Shown here one piece after another: positions 17,285 to 27,155 of a stretch of DNA of 32,338 nt. Position numbers and translations under genes: made by a program. Each line of letters begins with the position of its first letter. Positions within the stretch are counted from its first letter, which is position 1. Below the pieces are notes generated by a model that was not told the DNA's origin, did no database searches, and saw only the letters and a program-made list of their open reading frames with translations. The DNA comes from a virus (Duplodnaviria; Caudoviricetes): positions 1-32,338 of IMG/VR virus record IMGVR_UViG_3300005805_000280. One strand, given 5' to 3'.

Positions 17285-20200
17285 TAGATTACTCCGCTAC
17301 CTGGTGCTGTGCGTAGATTGGTGCTGGTTAGAGCTTCAATCACTTCGATGTTGTCAATGGAGGCTCCATTGGCAAATATTTCATTAGGTTGGCTACGTAT
17401 CTCATAGAGATCGCCAAATGACTTTTGTGGATCAAGTGGGACCAAAACCACGCTTGAAATAATTGTTCCCAAGGTTCTATGCAAATACGCTGCCAATTCT
17501 GAAAAGTAGAATGTATCACCAAAATTCCAAATGTCAATGCTGAAATAATTGTTCATCTGAGCCAACACCGCACTCTTGATTTCAGATGTACTAGCAGTGC
17601 TATTGGCAGCACGGATAACCTTGATTGTGGCGTGTAGTTCAGGAGTAGCTTTGGTACCAAACAAGGGTTTGAAAGTGACCGAGTTAAACACGATGTTGTC
17701 ACTCAACATCTTGTAATTGTCAAGTCCCTGATAAGCAGTGCTGAGCTCACCTATGGTGGGCTGTTCGGGCTCTAGCACCGCGCCAGTGGTGTCACGCAAC
17801 CAGTTCTGATATGTTGTATAGTATTGGCGGGTGACCACATATAGATCAATGATGTTAGTAGTGCCGGGATCAATCCGGTTGGTCAAGGGCGCGTTGTGTC
17901 GATACTGATAATAGAGACTCTGGCGCCCAGTTCGTGCAACCCACCCTGATACAACAATTACTTCTAGCACACCGACTGAATTGAGCACGAGCTCATAAAA
18001 CTGATTTTCGCTATAAGCATAAAATATCTGTCCAGGGGACCACTCAGTCTTGGCCAGCTCAATATCATCAAGTGTGGCATAATCGCTGGTCACGCGGCCA
18101 GACTCGGCCAAAACATAGCGTTGCAAATTATCAAAGTCCACTGTCTGTTCCAGATATATTAACTTTTGTGTGGGGTTTACATCAGGTGCCACAATCTCAT
18201 TAAAAAAGTCAGGATCATCTGGTACTCCATCGCCGTCACTGTCTTGGAATCCCACCAATACCTGGAAGTCGTCTACATATCCATCAGACTGCACCGGCTG
18301 ATCTATGATAGTCATAGCAATGTCACCGGGCAAGTTACTGGTGCTGTCAGGCCGGGTGTTTACAGCCAAAACGTTGACAAAATCTTGTATCACAGTTCCT
18401 GTGCGACTGTCATATATTTTTTGATCGCCATAGTAGAAAAATCTAGTCTGGAGTACTGAACCAAAATTGTAGGCCAGCCCCCGGAATGTAATTGTATAGC
18501 TCTGATTTTCTACCACAAACTGTATCAACCAAGACGAATCTTGGTTGTTGCCTGAAGTATTACCTGCATATTCTTGGCTCCAGTCAGCATTGACATCAAT
18601 ATTGTTGGCCGTGATCACGTACCATGAATAGGGCGTGCCGGTCACTGTGCCATCGTTATCATAGCCAAGCCCAAACGTCTTGAACAGCACTATCTGCTCG
18701 GTCATGGCCTGCACTATAGATGTGGGAAGATCTGTAGCAAACAGCGGAATAATTGTGTCTACGATAGCACCGGTAGGTACAAAATTGTTAAGAACCACAG
18801 GGCCGCTACCACTGCCAAGATTACCTATGCCATTGTTGGTACCATCTCCTATGATTTCAATAGGACTTGCCCAAATTGATAAACGGTCATTAGCTCGTGT
18901 GGGAACTCCCACCTGCAAACGATTGTTACGGTCAAAGTAATAGCCGCTGGGAGGAATAAACTTGATCAAACTACCTACCGCAGCATAAGCAAAACGTGTG
19001 GTGCTGGTACTACTCACCGATATTGGTGTTCCGTTGATGTCTTTGAAATAACCTGTGGTTTCGTTGGCCAGTGTGGTACTTTGATTCCACTCACTGCCAT
19101 AGGTGCTAAGATTTACTGTGGCGGGCATGACCACTGCACTGGTAGTCAAGACCAAGGCAGATCCATTAGGCGCAGTGCTTACTTTGATTGTATTATTCAC
19201 ACTGTCCAAGGCCACAATGTAGTACGGTAGTCCTGACACCAATCCGCCTCCCACATTGCCTGTGAACACAATTTGTTGACCCACAAATGCATATTGAGAG
19301 AAAAAGTTATCAGCTGATGCGGCACTCACAGTTATAGAGTCAATGGATGTAGTGGTGTCAGTACACACTATGTCCAAGGTATTCATGCTTTTGCGAGGGA
19401 AATTAGCATAGTAGAACTGCCGAATGGTAGGCCGATTTAGAGTAGGTTGCACCTGATTGGTAATCACATCCGCAATTTCGTTGCGATTGGTCCAGGAGAA
19501 CAGAATCGCTGGCAAAATATTTTCTTGCCAGAGTCCGCCATCGCTGCCAAAGGTGTTGGTAGAACTGTATTTGCCGGTGTTGTCAACTAGATCTAAATAG
19601 CGGCTGGTGCCGATACTGGCACGATTTACGGCCTTGCTTTTGAGTATGCTGCTATAGGCTGTGAACGGGAATAGATTATAGTCCTCACCGTTGACCATTC
19701 TATTCTGGGTATAATACCGCGCTGGAGCTCGTTGCTTGATGGCATCAATACTTTCACGGGCCTGGGCATTGCTTACAGGTTTGGTAATACCACAGGTAAA
19801 CGTGATGGTTTCCAAGTTACCGTTACGGCTGATGTAGTTAATCGGCAGAATCACGTTCTGCATTTCTTCTGGGTTGACAATGTATTGGAGACCATTGCTG
19901 GCTCGCACATAGGCACGGAATGTGCCCACAGGAATTTCTGAAAACACACCGTCACCGAACACCATGGTGATCTGATCGTTGGCGCGACTGGTAGTGGTAT
20001 AGATGGGTCTCAACTGCTGTTGCTGTTCACTGGCCGCGCTATAGATATTTTCTTCGTACTGCCATTGTCGCGAAATATTGCCCACGGTGTCTAACTGGAA
20101 CAACCAGCGATCCTCGTTGTTGATACCTTCAATGTTGATATTAATAGTGCGGTTAGAGATGCGTTCAGATAGGTTAAAATCCTGATTCTGGAGCACACCT

Positions 20201-20979
20201 TGCTTGAACAAGAAAAAATAGCCGGTATCGGCGCTAGCAAATCCCAATTGATCATTACGGAACAGCATGTTGAAACTCACACCCGGCCGCGGTGATGGCT
20301 CATAGATGTAGTCCTGACCCACTGTGGTTGAACTCATGGCTTCAAACGGCATGTTGATGCCATCCACAGTGGCAGTATAGGGAATCACGGGCAAGAAGCC
20401 GGACACGAGATTGATGGAGTATTCGTCTGTGCGCACTCCCAGTATGTTCTGACGATTGCCTGGGCGGCCGATCTTTTGGTTGTCTACCAAGGCCGCATTG
20501 ATTATGGCCGTGAATTGTTCTTGCCAGTCAGGATTGGTGGGGTCGTTCCAGTTCACCGTGACGCTGCCCAAATTCACACCGTTATAGTCCACGACATTTT
20601 CTGTAGTGGTCACATTGAACACCTTGAGCAACCCCTGTGCTGCAATGTTTCGCTTGGCAGTGTAGCTGATAAGATTGGCCAGGCGAACCACACTGTCTCG
20701 TCGTTCTGCGGTGTCGATGTAGTTTTCGCGGGTATTGAGATCAGTGCGGAAGGCCAGACTCTGGCCCATGAAAGCAATCACGTCCAGGAGAGCGATGAAT
20801 TCTGAACTTTCTACATAGTCATTGAAAGTTTCGGGATAGTACAAGCGCAAATAGTCAATAAAACTTTTGCGTAATGTTTCAAAATCGTAACTTTGGAAGT
20901 CAGCTTCGCGATAGGTTTGATAGATCTGTTTCCAGTCCTCAACTCCAAAAATCGCGGTCTGTCGCGTGGTCTGTGCCAT
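17284..20979 (-). CDS. gp6: Baseplate wedge subunit, T4 gp6-like (extended, 1231 aa)
   Basis: N-terminal DFQSYDFETLRKSFIDYLR...FNDYVESSEFIALLDVIAF...ENYIDTAERRDSVVRLANLISY, then VFGDGVF and ESIDAIKQRAPARYYTQNRMVNGEDY, all gp6/baseplate-J hallmarks. It directly follows gp25. Confidence 0.9.
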   Translation of the reverse strand: MAQTTRQTAIFGVEDWKQIYQTYREADFQSYDFETLRKSFIDYLRLYYPETFNDYVESSEFIALLDVIAFMGQSLAFRTDLNTRENYIDTAERRDSVVRLANLISYTAKRNIAAQGLLKVFNVTTTENVVDYNGVNLGSVTVNWNDPTNPDWQEQFTAIINAALVDNQKIGRPGNRQNILGVRTDEYSINLVSGFLPVIPYTATVDGINMPFEAMSSTTVGQDYIYEPSPRPGVSFNMLFRNDQLGFASADTGYFFLFKQGVLQNQDFNLSERISNRTININIEGINNEDRWLFQLDTVGNISRQWQYEENIYSAASEQQQQLRPIYTTTSRANDQITMVFGDGVFSEIPVGTFRAYVRASNGLQYIVNPEEMQNVILPINYISRNGNLETITFTCGITKPVSNAQARESIDAIKQRAPARYYTQNRMVNGEDYNLFPFTAYSSILKSKAVNRASIGTSRYLDLVDNTGKYSSTNTFGSDGGLWQENILPAILFSWTNRNEIADVITNQVQPTLNRPTIRQFYYANFPRKSMNTLDIVCTDTTTSIDSITVSAASADNFFSQYAFVGQQIVFTGNVGGGLVSGLPYYIVALDSVNNTIKVSTAPNGSALVLTTSAVVMPATVNLSTYGSEWNQSTTLANETTGYFKDINGTPISVSSTSTTRFAYAAVGSLIKFIPPSGYYFDRNNRLQVGVPTRANDRLSIWASPIEIIGDGTNNGIGNLGSGSGPVVLNNFVPTGAIVDTIIPLFATDLPTSIVQAMTEQIVLFKTFGLGYDNDGTVTGTPYSWYVITANNIDVNADWSQEYAGNTSGNNQDSSWLIQFVVENQSYTITFRGLAYNFGSVLQTRFFYYGDQKIYDSRTGTVIQDFVNVLAVNTRPDSTSNLPGDIAMTIIDQPVQSDGYVDDFQVLVGFQDSDGDGVPDDPDFFNEIVAPDVNPTQKLIYLEQTVDFDNLQRYVLAESGRVTSDYATLDDIELAKTEWSPGQIFYAYSENQFYELVLNSVGVLEVIVVSGWVARTGRQSLYYQYRHNAPLTNRIDPGTTNIIDLYVVTRQYYTTYQNWLRDTTGAVLEPEQPTIGELSTAYQGLDNYKMLSDNIVFNSVTFKPLFGTKATPELHATIKVIRAANSTASTSEIKSAVLAQMNNYFSIDIWNFGDTFYFSELAAYLHRTLGTIISSVVLVPLDPQKSFGDLYEIRSQPNEIFANGASIDNIEVIEALTSTNLRTAPGSGVI

Positions 20980-21006
20980 CTTTGCCTGTGCCCTTTGGTA
21001 ACTCTG

Positions 21007-21013
21007 TATTTAT
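21007..21013 (-). promoter_or_regulatory. Late promoter motif ATAAATA
   Basis: CATAAATA in the 54-bp gp25-gp6 intergenic gap, about 27 nt before ATG 20979. Confidence 0.7.
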
Positions 21014-21033
21014 GGGGAACAAAAACGACCCAG

Positions 21034-21408
21034 TTATACGTACGATGCACGGCGCTGTTGGGCATCAAAGAACACACTGAGGATTTCAGCCGTGGTGCTC
21101 TGTACTGTTTGTAATTTGATCTGTAGTAGTATTCCGTTCTCTTGCGGGAACGCTTGTATTTCCGTGATAGTGATACGAGGGTCCTGTGCCACTACACGTT
21201 GTACCTCGCGAATGATGTTGTTTTGCAATTCTTCAATCTGATTCTCAAACAAGAAATCCCAGATCATAGTGCCTGTGGCCGGGCGACCAGGCAAACTGCC
21301 CTGTCGTATATTGAAAGCGTTGACAAGGTCCTGCTTGATCAGCTCATAATCAATGAGCGTGAACTTCTTGAGGCGATTTACTGTGCTGAATCCTATAAAA
21401 GTGGTCAT
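21034..21408 (-). CDS. gp25: Baseplate wedge subunit / sheath initiator, gp25-like
   Basis: 124 aa with LIKQDLVNAFNIRQGSLPGRPATGTMIWDFLFE...VVAQDPRITI, matching the GPW/gp25 pattern (T..GER..RP.FG..L...LFE...EPR). Confidence 0.9.
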   Translation of the reverse strand: MTTFIGFSTVNRLKKFTLIDYELIKQDLVNAFNIRQGSLPGRPATGTMIWDFLFENQIEELQNNIIREVQRVVAQDPRITITEIQAFPQENGILLQIKLQTVQSTTAEILSVFFDAQQRRASYV

Positions 21409-21413
21409 GTCAA

Positions 21414-21419
21414 TATTTA
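21414..21419 (-). promoter_or_regulatory. Late promoter motif TAAATA
   Basis: CTAAATA in the 15-bp intergenic gap, ending 5 nt before the gp25 ATG. Confidence 0.65.
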
Positions 21420-21423
21420 GTGA

Positions 21424-22869
21424 TCAGCTCTTGAAGGTTTGCAGGCGCGATTCCAATTTCTGGATGTTGCGCTCAATATTGGTCAGCGCCGACTCAACAC
21501 GAGCCGATATAGTGTCCAACACTGCCAGCCCAGGCGGTCTGGTTCCCGTGGTTTTTTCTATATAAGCGGCTTGGCGTCGCAGAGACAATATGGTACCCTC
21601 TAGAACCTGATCATCACCGGCCAGGGTTTCCAAAAGATCCAACGCCGATACTATTTGAGCTGGGTTCTCTGATGTTGTGGCCGTGTTGGCCAGGGGCACA
21701 ATATCAGTGGCAGCACGAGCGTTGAGTTCAGTATATCGTTGCCTCAACTGCTCAAGCCCAAGAGAAAAATCTTTCAAATTGATACTCAAGGTCCTACCGC
21801 TTACATCAACCGGCGGAATCTTGTCATCGCCCACGACCCTAGTGGTCGCAGCATCTAGAGTCTCACGATTTACAGTATCTACCCCGGGTTCGTCGGGCTC
21901 TTGACCTAGCACAGCATTGTTGGCAGTTTGCTTGGCAAAATCCACAGCAAACGCGGCATCACGACTGACCTTGTCAAATACATTCTTGATGTCAGTTGGC
22001 AAGCTCAATCCTTTGGCCCAGGCTATGGTATCAGTAACGCTTTTGGCTGCGTTAATGGCAGTTCCAGCCAAGGCCTGCGGATTTAAACTGTTTATGGGTA
22101 TTCCTAGGTTTTTTACCGCTGACAGTCCTTGACTCATGAGATCTTGCTGAATGAGGTTTTGTACAGGCAACGATGACAATAGCTTGTCTACGTTGGTAAT
22201 ACCGTTCACACCGGTCCACACTGCAGGACTGTTTAGAACCGAAGTAAGATTGGCGGTAGCGTTGGTCAAATAGGTGGTGGCCGTCCCTGGTTTAAGAACA
22301 CCGACGCGTTCTAACTGACTAGCATCTAGCCCAAACTGTCCCAGCCCTTTGCTATTGCTCAGGGCGTCAGCTGCTTGTTTCACAGTATTTGTCACAGAAC
22401 TCATGGCTGCTCGCACATCCACCTGATTCAACCCCTGTATAGGCAGCAGGCTAGTGGCCTGCTTGGCCAGGTTGGCCAAGTTGATGGGGTTAGTGGGCAC
22501 CAGATTATTGATAGCAGTGGTCACGCCTGACAGTGTCTTGGTAGCCACGCTCTGTGCAGTGGTCAATAGATCACGACTGGGTAGTGCAGATGCTGCCTGC
22601 TGAGCTTGTGTCAATGCCCCCGACAGGGCTCCCTGTACAGACCCTCCTACGCCACTGATAGCCTGGGTCAATTGACTGGCTGCGCTCTTGAGTCCGCCTG
22701 CCAGTTGTGTGGCACTGTCTATCACATCTCCAGGTTTGAGACCCACTAGGCTGCCAGCCGACAACTGCTGCTCAAATATCTGCCGCGCTTGAACCACAGT
22801 CAAGGTAGGGGGGCCTTCAATATCAAATCTCTGACCGGTAATGGGATTGGTAAAAGTAAAAATACTCAT
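21424..22869 (-). CDS. Hypothetical baseplate-associated protein, 481 aa; Ala/Gln/Thr-rich helical with a C-terminal coiled coil and a possible degenerate lysozyme-like domain
   Basis: ATGA overlap with the spike gene; sits between gp5-like and gp25; heptad-like C-terminus (LTNIERNIQKLESRLQ). Confidence 0.7.
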   Translation of the reverse strand: MSIFTFTNPITGQRFDIEGPPTLTVVQARQIFEQQLSAGSLVGLKPGDVIDSATQLAGGLKSAASQLTQAISGVGGSVQGALSGALTQAQQAASALPSRDLLTTAQSVATKTLSGVTTAINNLVPTNPINLANLAKQATSLLPIQGLNQVDVRAAMSSVTNTVKQAADALSNSKGLGQFGLDASQLERVGVLKPGTATTYLTNATANLTSVLNSPAVWTGVNGITNVDKLLSSLPVQNLIQQDLMSQGLSAVKNLGIPINSLNPQALAGTAINAAKSVTDTIAWAKGLSLPTDIKNVFDKVSRDAAFAVDFAKQTANNAVLGQEPDEPGVDTVNRETLDAATTRVVGDDKIPPVDVSGRTLSINLKDFSLGLEQLRQRYTELNARAATDIVPLANTATTSENPAQIVSALDLLETLAGDDQVLEGTILSLRRQAAYIEKTTGTRPPGLAVLDTISARVESALTNIERNIQKLESRLQTFKS

Positions 22870-24365
22870 CGAGCTCTCACTTTGACTCCGGCCGGAATTG
22901 GGGGAGCAGCCGGGGGCGGAGAAGGTTGGCCTGACTCATATTCAATCTTGACATCTACCCCAAGATTGTGATAAGGCCAGGGCTCATGTGTGGGCGCACG
23001 GTTGCATATAGTTTCAAGATTACCACGATCTTCGATCCAGCCCTTGTTGCTGCTAAATTTTACGGTGTCCAATATGATCTTGGCCAAGGGTACCGGTGGT
23101 TGTACCGAGGCCGCGGTAGGGCCGTTAAAATCAATACCGCCTGCGGTTATGTTCATTTGACTGCCGGCATTCCAGGAACCTTGTGCGCTCTGCAAGGCTA
23201 GGGTGCCGTCGGCTTTGACCGACAGCGTGTTCTTGCTGTAGATCCGGAAATCAGACTGCGCTGTGAACACACTATTGCGATCAGCTTCTTGTATGATGTC
23301 TTGACGAGCATGCATCTTGATATCACGTCCAGCCCACATGTTGATGTCGCGATCAGCATGCATGTTGATGTCACCTTGGGTACGCACATTTACCGAATTG
23401 CTGCTGTAGATGTCTACAGTGCCTTCTAGACCCAGTTCAATCCAGGTCTGCCCATTGGCATGCATGATGTAGATGAAATTGCCAGTATCGTTCATCATGA
23501 CCTGATGTCCCTTGGCAGATCTCAAACGGAATAGTTGATTGTTGCCGTCTATGTCGCCATCGTCCATGACCATGGTATGTCCGCCCATGCGGCCAATCAC
23601 CTGTAGCTCACTGGGCTTGACTGCCCCTGAATTGAGTTTTGATCGTATATCCTGTGGTTTGAGTCCGCCTTGATAGATCGCAGTTCCCGGAGTGCTAACA
23701 CCAAAGCAGGCACTGGGACTTTCGCGCTGAGCCGAACTTTGAATGGGACCTCGTTCAGAATCTTCGGCTAAGCCCTGCTGAAAAAAGCTGGCTGCCACCA
23801 CGCTCTGAATAGGCTTGTCCTGTTTCCAGAACTGGCTGGAATTGGTCAACTGCGTGTTGTTGGTGTTGATCTCGGTAACTGGCATACGCACTGCATCAGC
23901 AAAATAGGCTTCCTGATTGGGATTGCCTGGCAGATAATTAGATTCGGCTCCTATGGCCGGAATCATGTGGTTCACACCGTTTTCAGGCACAGCACCGATA
24001 TAGAACCCTTTGCTGGGATCTCCATCCACAAAGATACAGATCACTGTGATACCAAGATCAGGAGGTGTAAACCACATGCCGTAGCTGTTTTGGTTACCAG
24101 GATAGCGGCCGTCGTTGTTGTTGGCTGTGTTTCCCTGGGGAGTGACTCCATAGAAAGGCGGCAGATAGCTCACAGTGATCCATTTGCTACTGTCGTCTTC
24201 GGTAGAATCTCCAAACGCTTCGATATAAACCTGTAGTCGACCGCTGCGAGTGACATCAATATTGTTCATGACTTTGCCAAAGAACGGGCCTGATTCAGTG
24301 GGCATGCCCCCGCGATCTAGTTTGTAATTAGAAGGTCTTCCCCGGCTTCTCTCTTGATTTTCCAT
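22866..24365 (-). CDS. Baseplate central spike, gp5/VgrG-like (OB-fold plus beta-helix, no internal lysozyme domain)
   Basis: GKVMNNIDVTRSGRLQVYI...W...SYGMWFTPPDLGITVICIFVDGDPSKGFYIG (gp5 OB-fold), GHTMVMDD and GHQVMMND, and ~8-aa beta-helix repeats (GDINMHADRDINMWAGRDIKMHARQDI). Confidence 0.85.
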   Translation of the reverse strand: MENQERSRGRPSNYKLDRGGMPTESGPFFGKVMNNIDVTRSGRLQVYIEAFGDSTEDDSSKWITVSYLPPFYGVTPQGNTANNNDGRYPGNQNSYGMWFTPPDLGITVICIFVDGDPSKGFYIGAVPENGVNHMIPAIGAESNYLPGNPNQEAYFADAVRMPVTEINTNNTQLTNSSQFWKQDKPIQSVVAASFFQQGLAEDSERGPIQSSAQRESPSACFGVSTPGTAIYQGGLKPQDIRSKLNSGAVKPSELQVIGRMGGHTMVMDDGDIDGNNQLFRLRSAKGHQVMMNDTGNFIYIMHANGQTWIELGLEGTVDIYSSNSVNVRTQGDINMHADRDINMWAGRDIKMHARQDIIQEADRNSVFTAQSDFRIYSKNTLSVKADGTLALQSAQGSWNAGSQMNITAGGIDFNGPTAASVQPPVPLAKIILDTVKFSSNKGWIEDRGNLETICNRAPTHEPWPYHNLGVDVKIEYESGQPSPPPAAPPIPAGVKVRAR

Positions 24366-24368
24366 GTG

Positions 24369-27152
24369 TTAGGCGTCTCTTGATATGGTTTGTGGATCTG
24401 ACACCTTGATCGATTCCAGTGTCAATTGAGTGTTGGCTATGCCGATTACCAAACCGTTACTGGTAATTGGCAACCCGGGCAATGCCGATTGTGCTAGATC
24501 CGCAACAGTGGTTGGAAACGAAGCCAATGTTCGATCCACGATCGCCGATGAGCTGAAATCAATCCTGGGAGATAATCGCAGGCCCAGACTGGTGCCCAAG
24601 GTATTCTGCATTAAAGATGAATTGAGTATTGCCACCGATGTGGCAGAGCTAGGCACCGGCTGACCAGTAGTCTCGGTACCACCTTCGCCATTGATAGAAC
24701 TCCCTGTCGTAGACGCATTGAATCTATCAATTCCATAATCAGTGTCGTCCTGACGTGGATCCTCCGACTCATCTGATGCACCAGATTCAGTATCAATTGA
24801 AGCACCAGTCTCGGCCGTGGCCAGGCTGGTGGCAGGCTGAACAGTATCAGGAGCACGGTTGGTACCATTGGGGATTGGATACATGTAGATGGTGCCCTCG
24901 ATGGTCTGTTCAAATAACCCTCCTCGGAATTCGCTCAAGACTCGTGTGGTCTTGTACACACGACTCTGTAGGGGCTGACGTTTGCCTCCGGCCGTGAACC
25001 GGCTGTACGGATCTGCTAGGCCAGTTGATACACTGTAATCTTCAGGTTTTTGCCAGGCAATCTCAAACAACACATCTTGCGTATCAAAGTTGATGCTGCC
25101 ATCATCATTGAATGGCAACAGAGTGAGCTGACCAGGATTGGCCACTCCAATCACGCTGCCCTGCATCATCCAGGCAGGATCGCCTATGATTTTGAGTTTG
25201 GCGTTGGCCAAGTCAGCCAAGTTGTAGAGATTTTCTGCGGCATTTGCTGCAAGATCATTGGCTCGCCCCTGGGCACCCTGATCGCTTTCGGCACTGCGAG
25301 CAGCTGGCCAGTAATAGGGAATTTCAACCATGCTAGAACTAAAGGTTCGTTTGGCTGTGTCAATGGCACCAGTCACGGTCTGATAATAGAGATTGTTGTG
25401 GCTCTCTTTGTATTCCAGCACTGCATTGTTTTCGCCCGTGAACCAGTAGTAGTATTTTTTGTGTACGCCTTGGAATCGCGGAGCATTGAAGTAGGGTGAA
25501 TTTATCTGACGTACTTCATACACACCAATGGTGTAGGTGATCTCTACAGCATAATCATTGATTTTTGTGTCAAATTGATCCAACTGCTTGGCACTGGGTA
25601 TCACAGTGAACCACTGGAATCCTTTGTCATTGCCCTTGTGCTGTGGGTTTGGTCGGGCCTGATTCAGATGCTCATCAAACACGATGTTGGCCTGGTCTGT
25701 GATGTAGCTGCTGTTGCGCACAATCATCTCGATCAGCTGTACCATTTGCATGCCTGCATTGATCGAAAGATTGCGCGATTGTTGATTCGTTTGCTGCTTG
25801 TCAGGACTAACAGTTGATGTGTTAGTGCTGGCAGCAGGTCCAGACCCGGTCTGGGCAGTCGGTACTCGATCACTGGGTTTCTTGACCGTGGCCTGTTTGA
25901 TGCGGGCCTCGGCTTCGGGTGTGTAGGCTATCTTGTACACATCCGGAAACTCACGTCGATTTTCTGTTTTCAATCTCTGTTGATGTTCGTTCATGGCCGC
26001 CACGATACCCCGTGTTACTGTGGATGCTGTGATCTTGGGTGGTGGCACATCAGATGCGCGGGCCGCGGTCAAGACAGTAGTTCGTTGTTGTTCAGCAGTT
26101 GGTGTTGGTTGAGTCGAAGTAGTAGTGGCGCCCGGATTGTTGGCTGGTGCTTGTGCGTTACTATATTTGGCATCGCCTGACAACATTTGATCCACTGTGG
26201 CACCTGTCAGTTCCACGCTAAATGGTATGGTTCCCCTGCGAGTGGTAAAGCCCTGGAATGCACCGAGAGGAACACCTTCCCAGTCATAGTTTACCATCTT
26301 GCTGTCAATGGTCATGTTGATGGTTTTGACCTGGAACGGTATGTATTTTTCTACCAAGGCATAACGATCCCCGGTACCAGCATCAACTGAACTTTGTGCA
26401 CCTACCTGTATGATCTGGCCATCGTTGTCCATGGCATAGAAACGTATGATCATGATATACAGTGCCGAGGCCACATTGGTTGGTTTGGCTGCCAGGTCCT
26501 TGGCTGCTAGATACAGTCGATCGATCAGCGTGATATTACTGGGTTCGGTAACTGTGAACTTGATTTCAGTATAGGAATGTGCAGTGCCAGTTCCTTTGCC
26601 TGCGGCCAACGTGCCTATGCTGATGTTGTCAATATAGAAATCATCTGTGAAATAGGGGTTGCGACCATCGTTTTCATTGGTCTGAAATAATGCCTCAGGG
26701 GTGCCGGCACCGGCTCCGCGTCCACGTCCCGGGGTGCTGCTGTTGGCTGCACCGCCGCTCTGAAACAGGAGATTGTATCCGCTGATTTTGCGTCGCGGGT
26801 TCTTGGAAAATTCGTCATACTGGTCAGGACTGACCATGTAGACTGATGCCTGCCAGGTATAGCTGGGATATTGATCCAGTATGTTGGGGCGCGGAGTGAT
26901 CGTGAGCGATTGAGAATCAGTGGCCACTGTGCCCTGATTGGGTGTGGCATCCCCGGGCTCTGTACCTGAATCCTCTGTGGCTCCCACACCTGGTGCCACA
27001 GACGGTGGCGGTACTTCGTTTTCGCCGTCAAAATCATCGCCATCATAGGGGATATTCTGAGTCTGCTCCAGTGTTCGTGTGGGGGCATCAGTTCCGGTGT
27101 CACTGCCCTGAGCCGATTCTGCGGTGACTGTTTGTTCAGGCTGTGTGGCCAT
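24369..27152 (-). CDS. Putative baseplate hub protein (gp27/GPD-like), 927 aa
   Basis: Position between gp53-like and spike genes; motifs NILDQYPSYTW, FYIDNI, FTVTEP, LKIIGDPAW and YKTTRVLSEFRGGLFEQTIEG, typical of hub C-termini; low-complexity termini. Confidence 0.65.
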   Translation of the reverse strand: MATQPEQTVTAESAQGSDTGTDAPTRTLEQTQNIPYDGDDFDGENEVPPPSVAPGVGATEDSGTEPGDATPNQGTVATDSQSLTITPRPNILDQYPSYTWQASVYMVSPDQYDEFSKNPRRKISGYNLLFQSGGAANSSTPGRGRGAGAGTPEALFQTNENDGRNPYFTDDFYIDNISIGTLAAGKGTGTAHSYTEIKFTVTEPSNITLIDRLYLAAKDLAAKPTNVASALYIMIIRFYAMDNDGQIIQVGAQSSVDAGTGDRYALVEKYIPFQVKTINMTIDSKMVNYDWEGVPLGAFQGFTTRRGTIPFSVELTGATVDQMLSGDAKYSNAQAPANNPGATTTSTQPTPTAEQQRTTVLTAARASDVPPPKITASTVTRGIVAAMNEHQQRLKTENRREFPDVYKIAYTPEAEARIKQATVKKPSDRVPTAQTGSGPAASTNTSTVSPDKQQTNQQSRNLSINAGMQMVQLIEMIVRNSSYITDQANIVFDEHLNQARPNPQHKGNDKGFQWFTVIPSAKQLDQFDTKINDYAVEITYTIGVYEVRQINSPYFNAPRFQGVHKKYYYWFTGENNAVLEYKESHNNLYYQTVTGAIDTAKRTFSSSMVEIPYYWPAARSAESDQGAQGRANDLAANAAENLYNLADLANAKLKIIGDPAWMMQGSVIGVANPGQLTLLPFNDDGSINFDTQDVLFEIAWQKPEDYSVSTGLADPYSRFTAGGKRQPLQSRVYKTTRVLSEFRGGLFEQTIEGTIYMYPIPNGTNRAPDTVQPATSLATAETGASIDTESGASDESEDPRQDDTDYGIDRFNASTTGSSINGEGGTETTGQPVPSSATSVAILNSSLMQNTLGTSLGLRLSPRIDFSSSAIVDRTLASFPTTVADLAQSALPGLPITSNGLVIGIANTQLTLESIKVSDPQTISRDA

Positions 27153-27155
27153 GTG

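Noticed and set aside
2774-27127. Numerous 60-160-aa ORFs nested in or antisense to the large structural genes
   Set aside because: No recognisable motifs or RBS, and expected by chance inside long coding regions.
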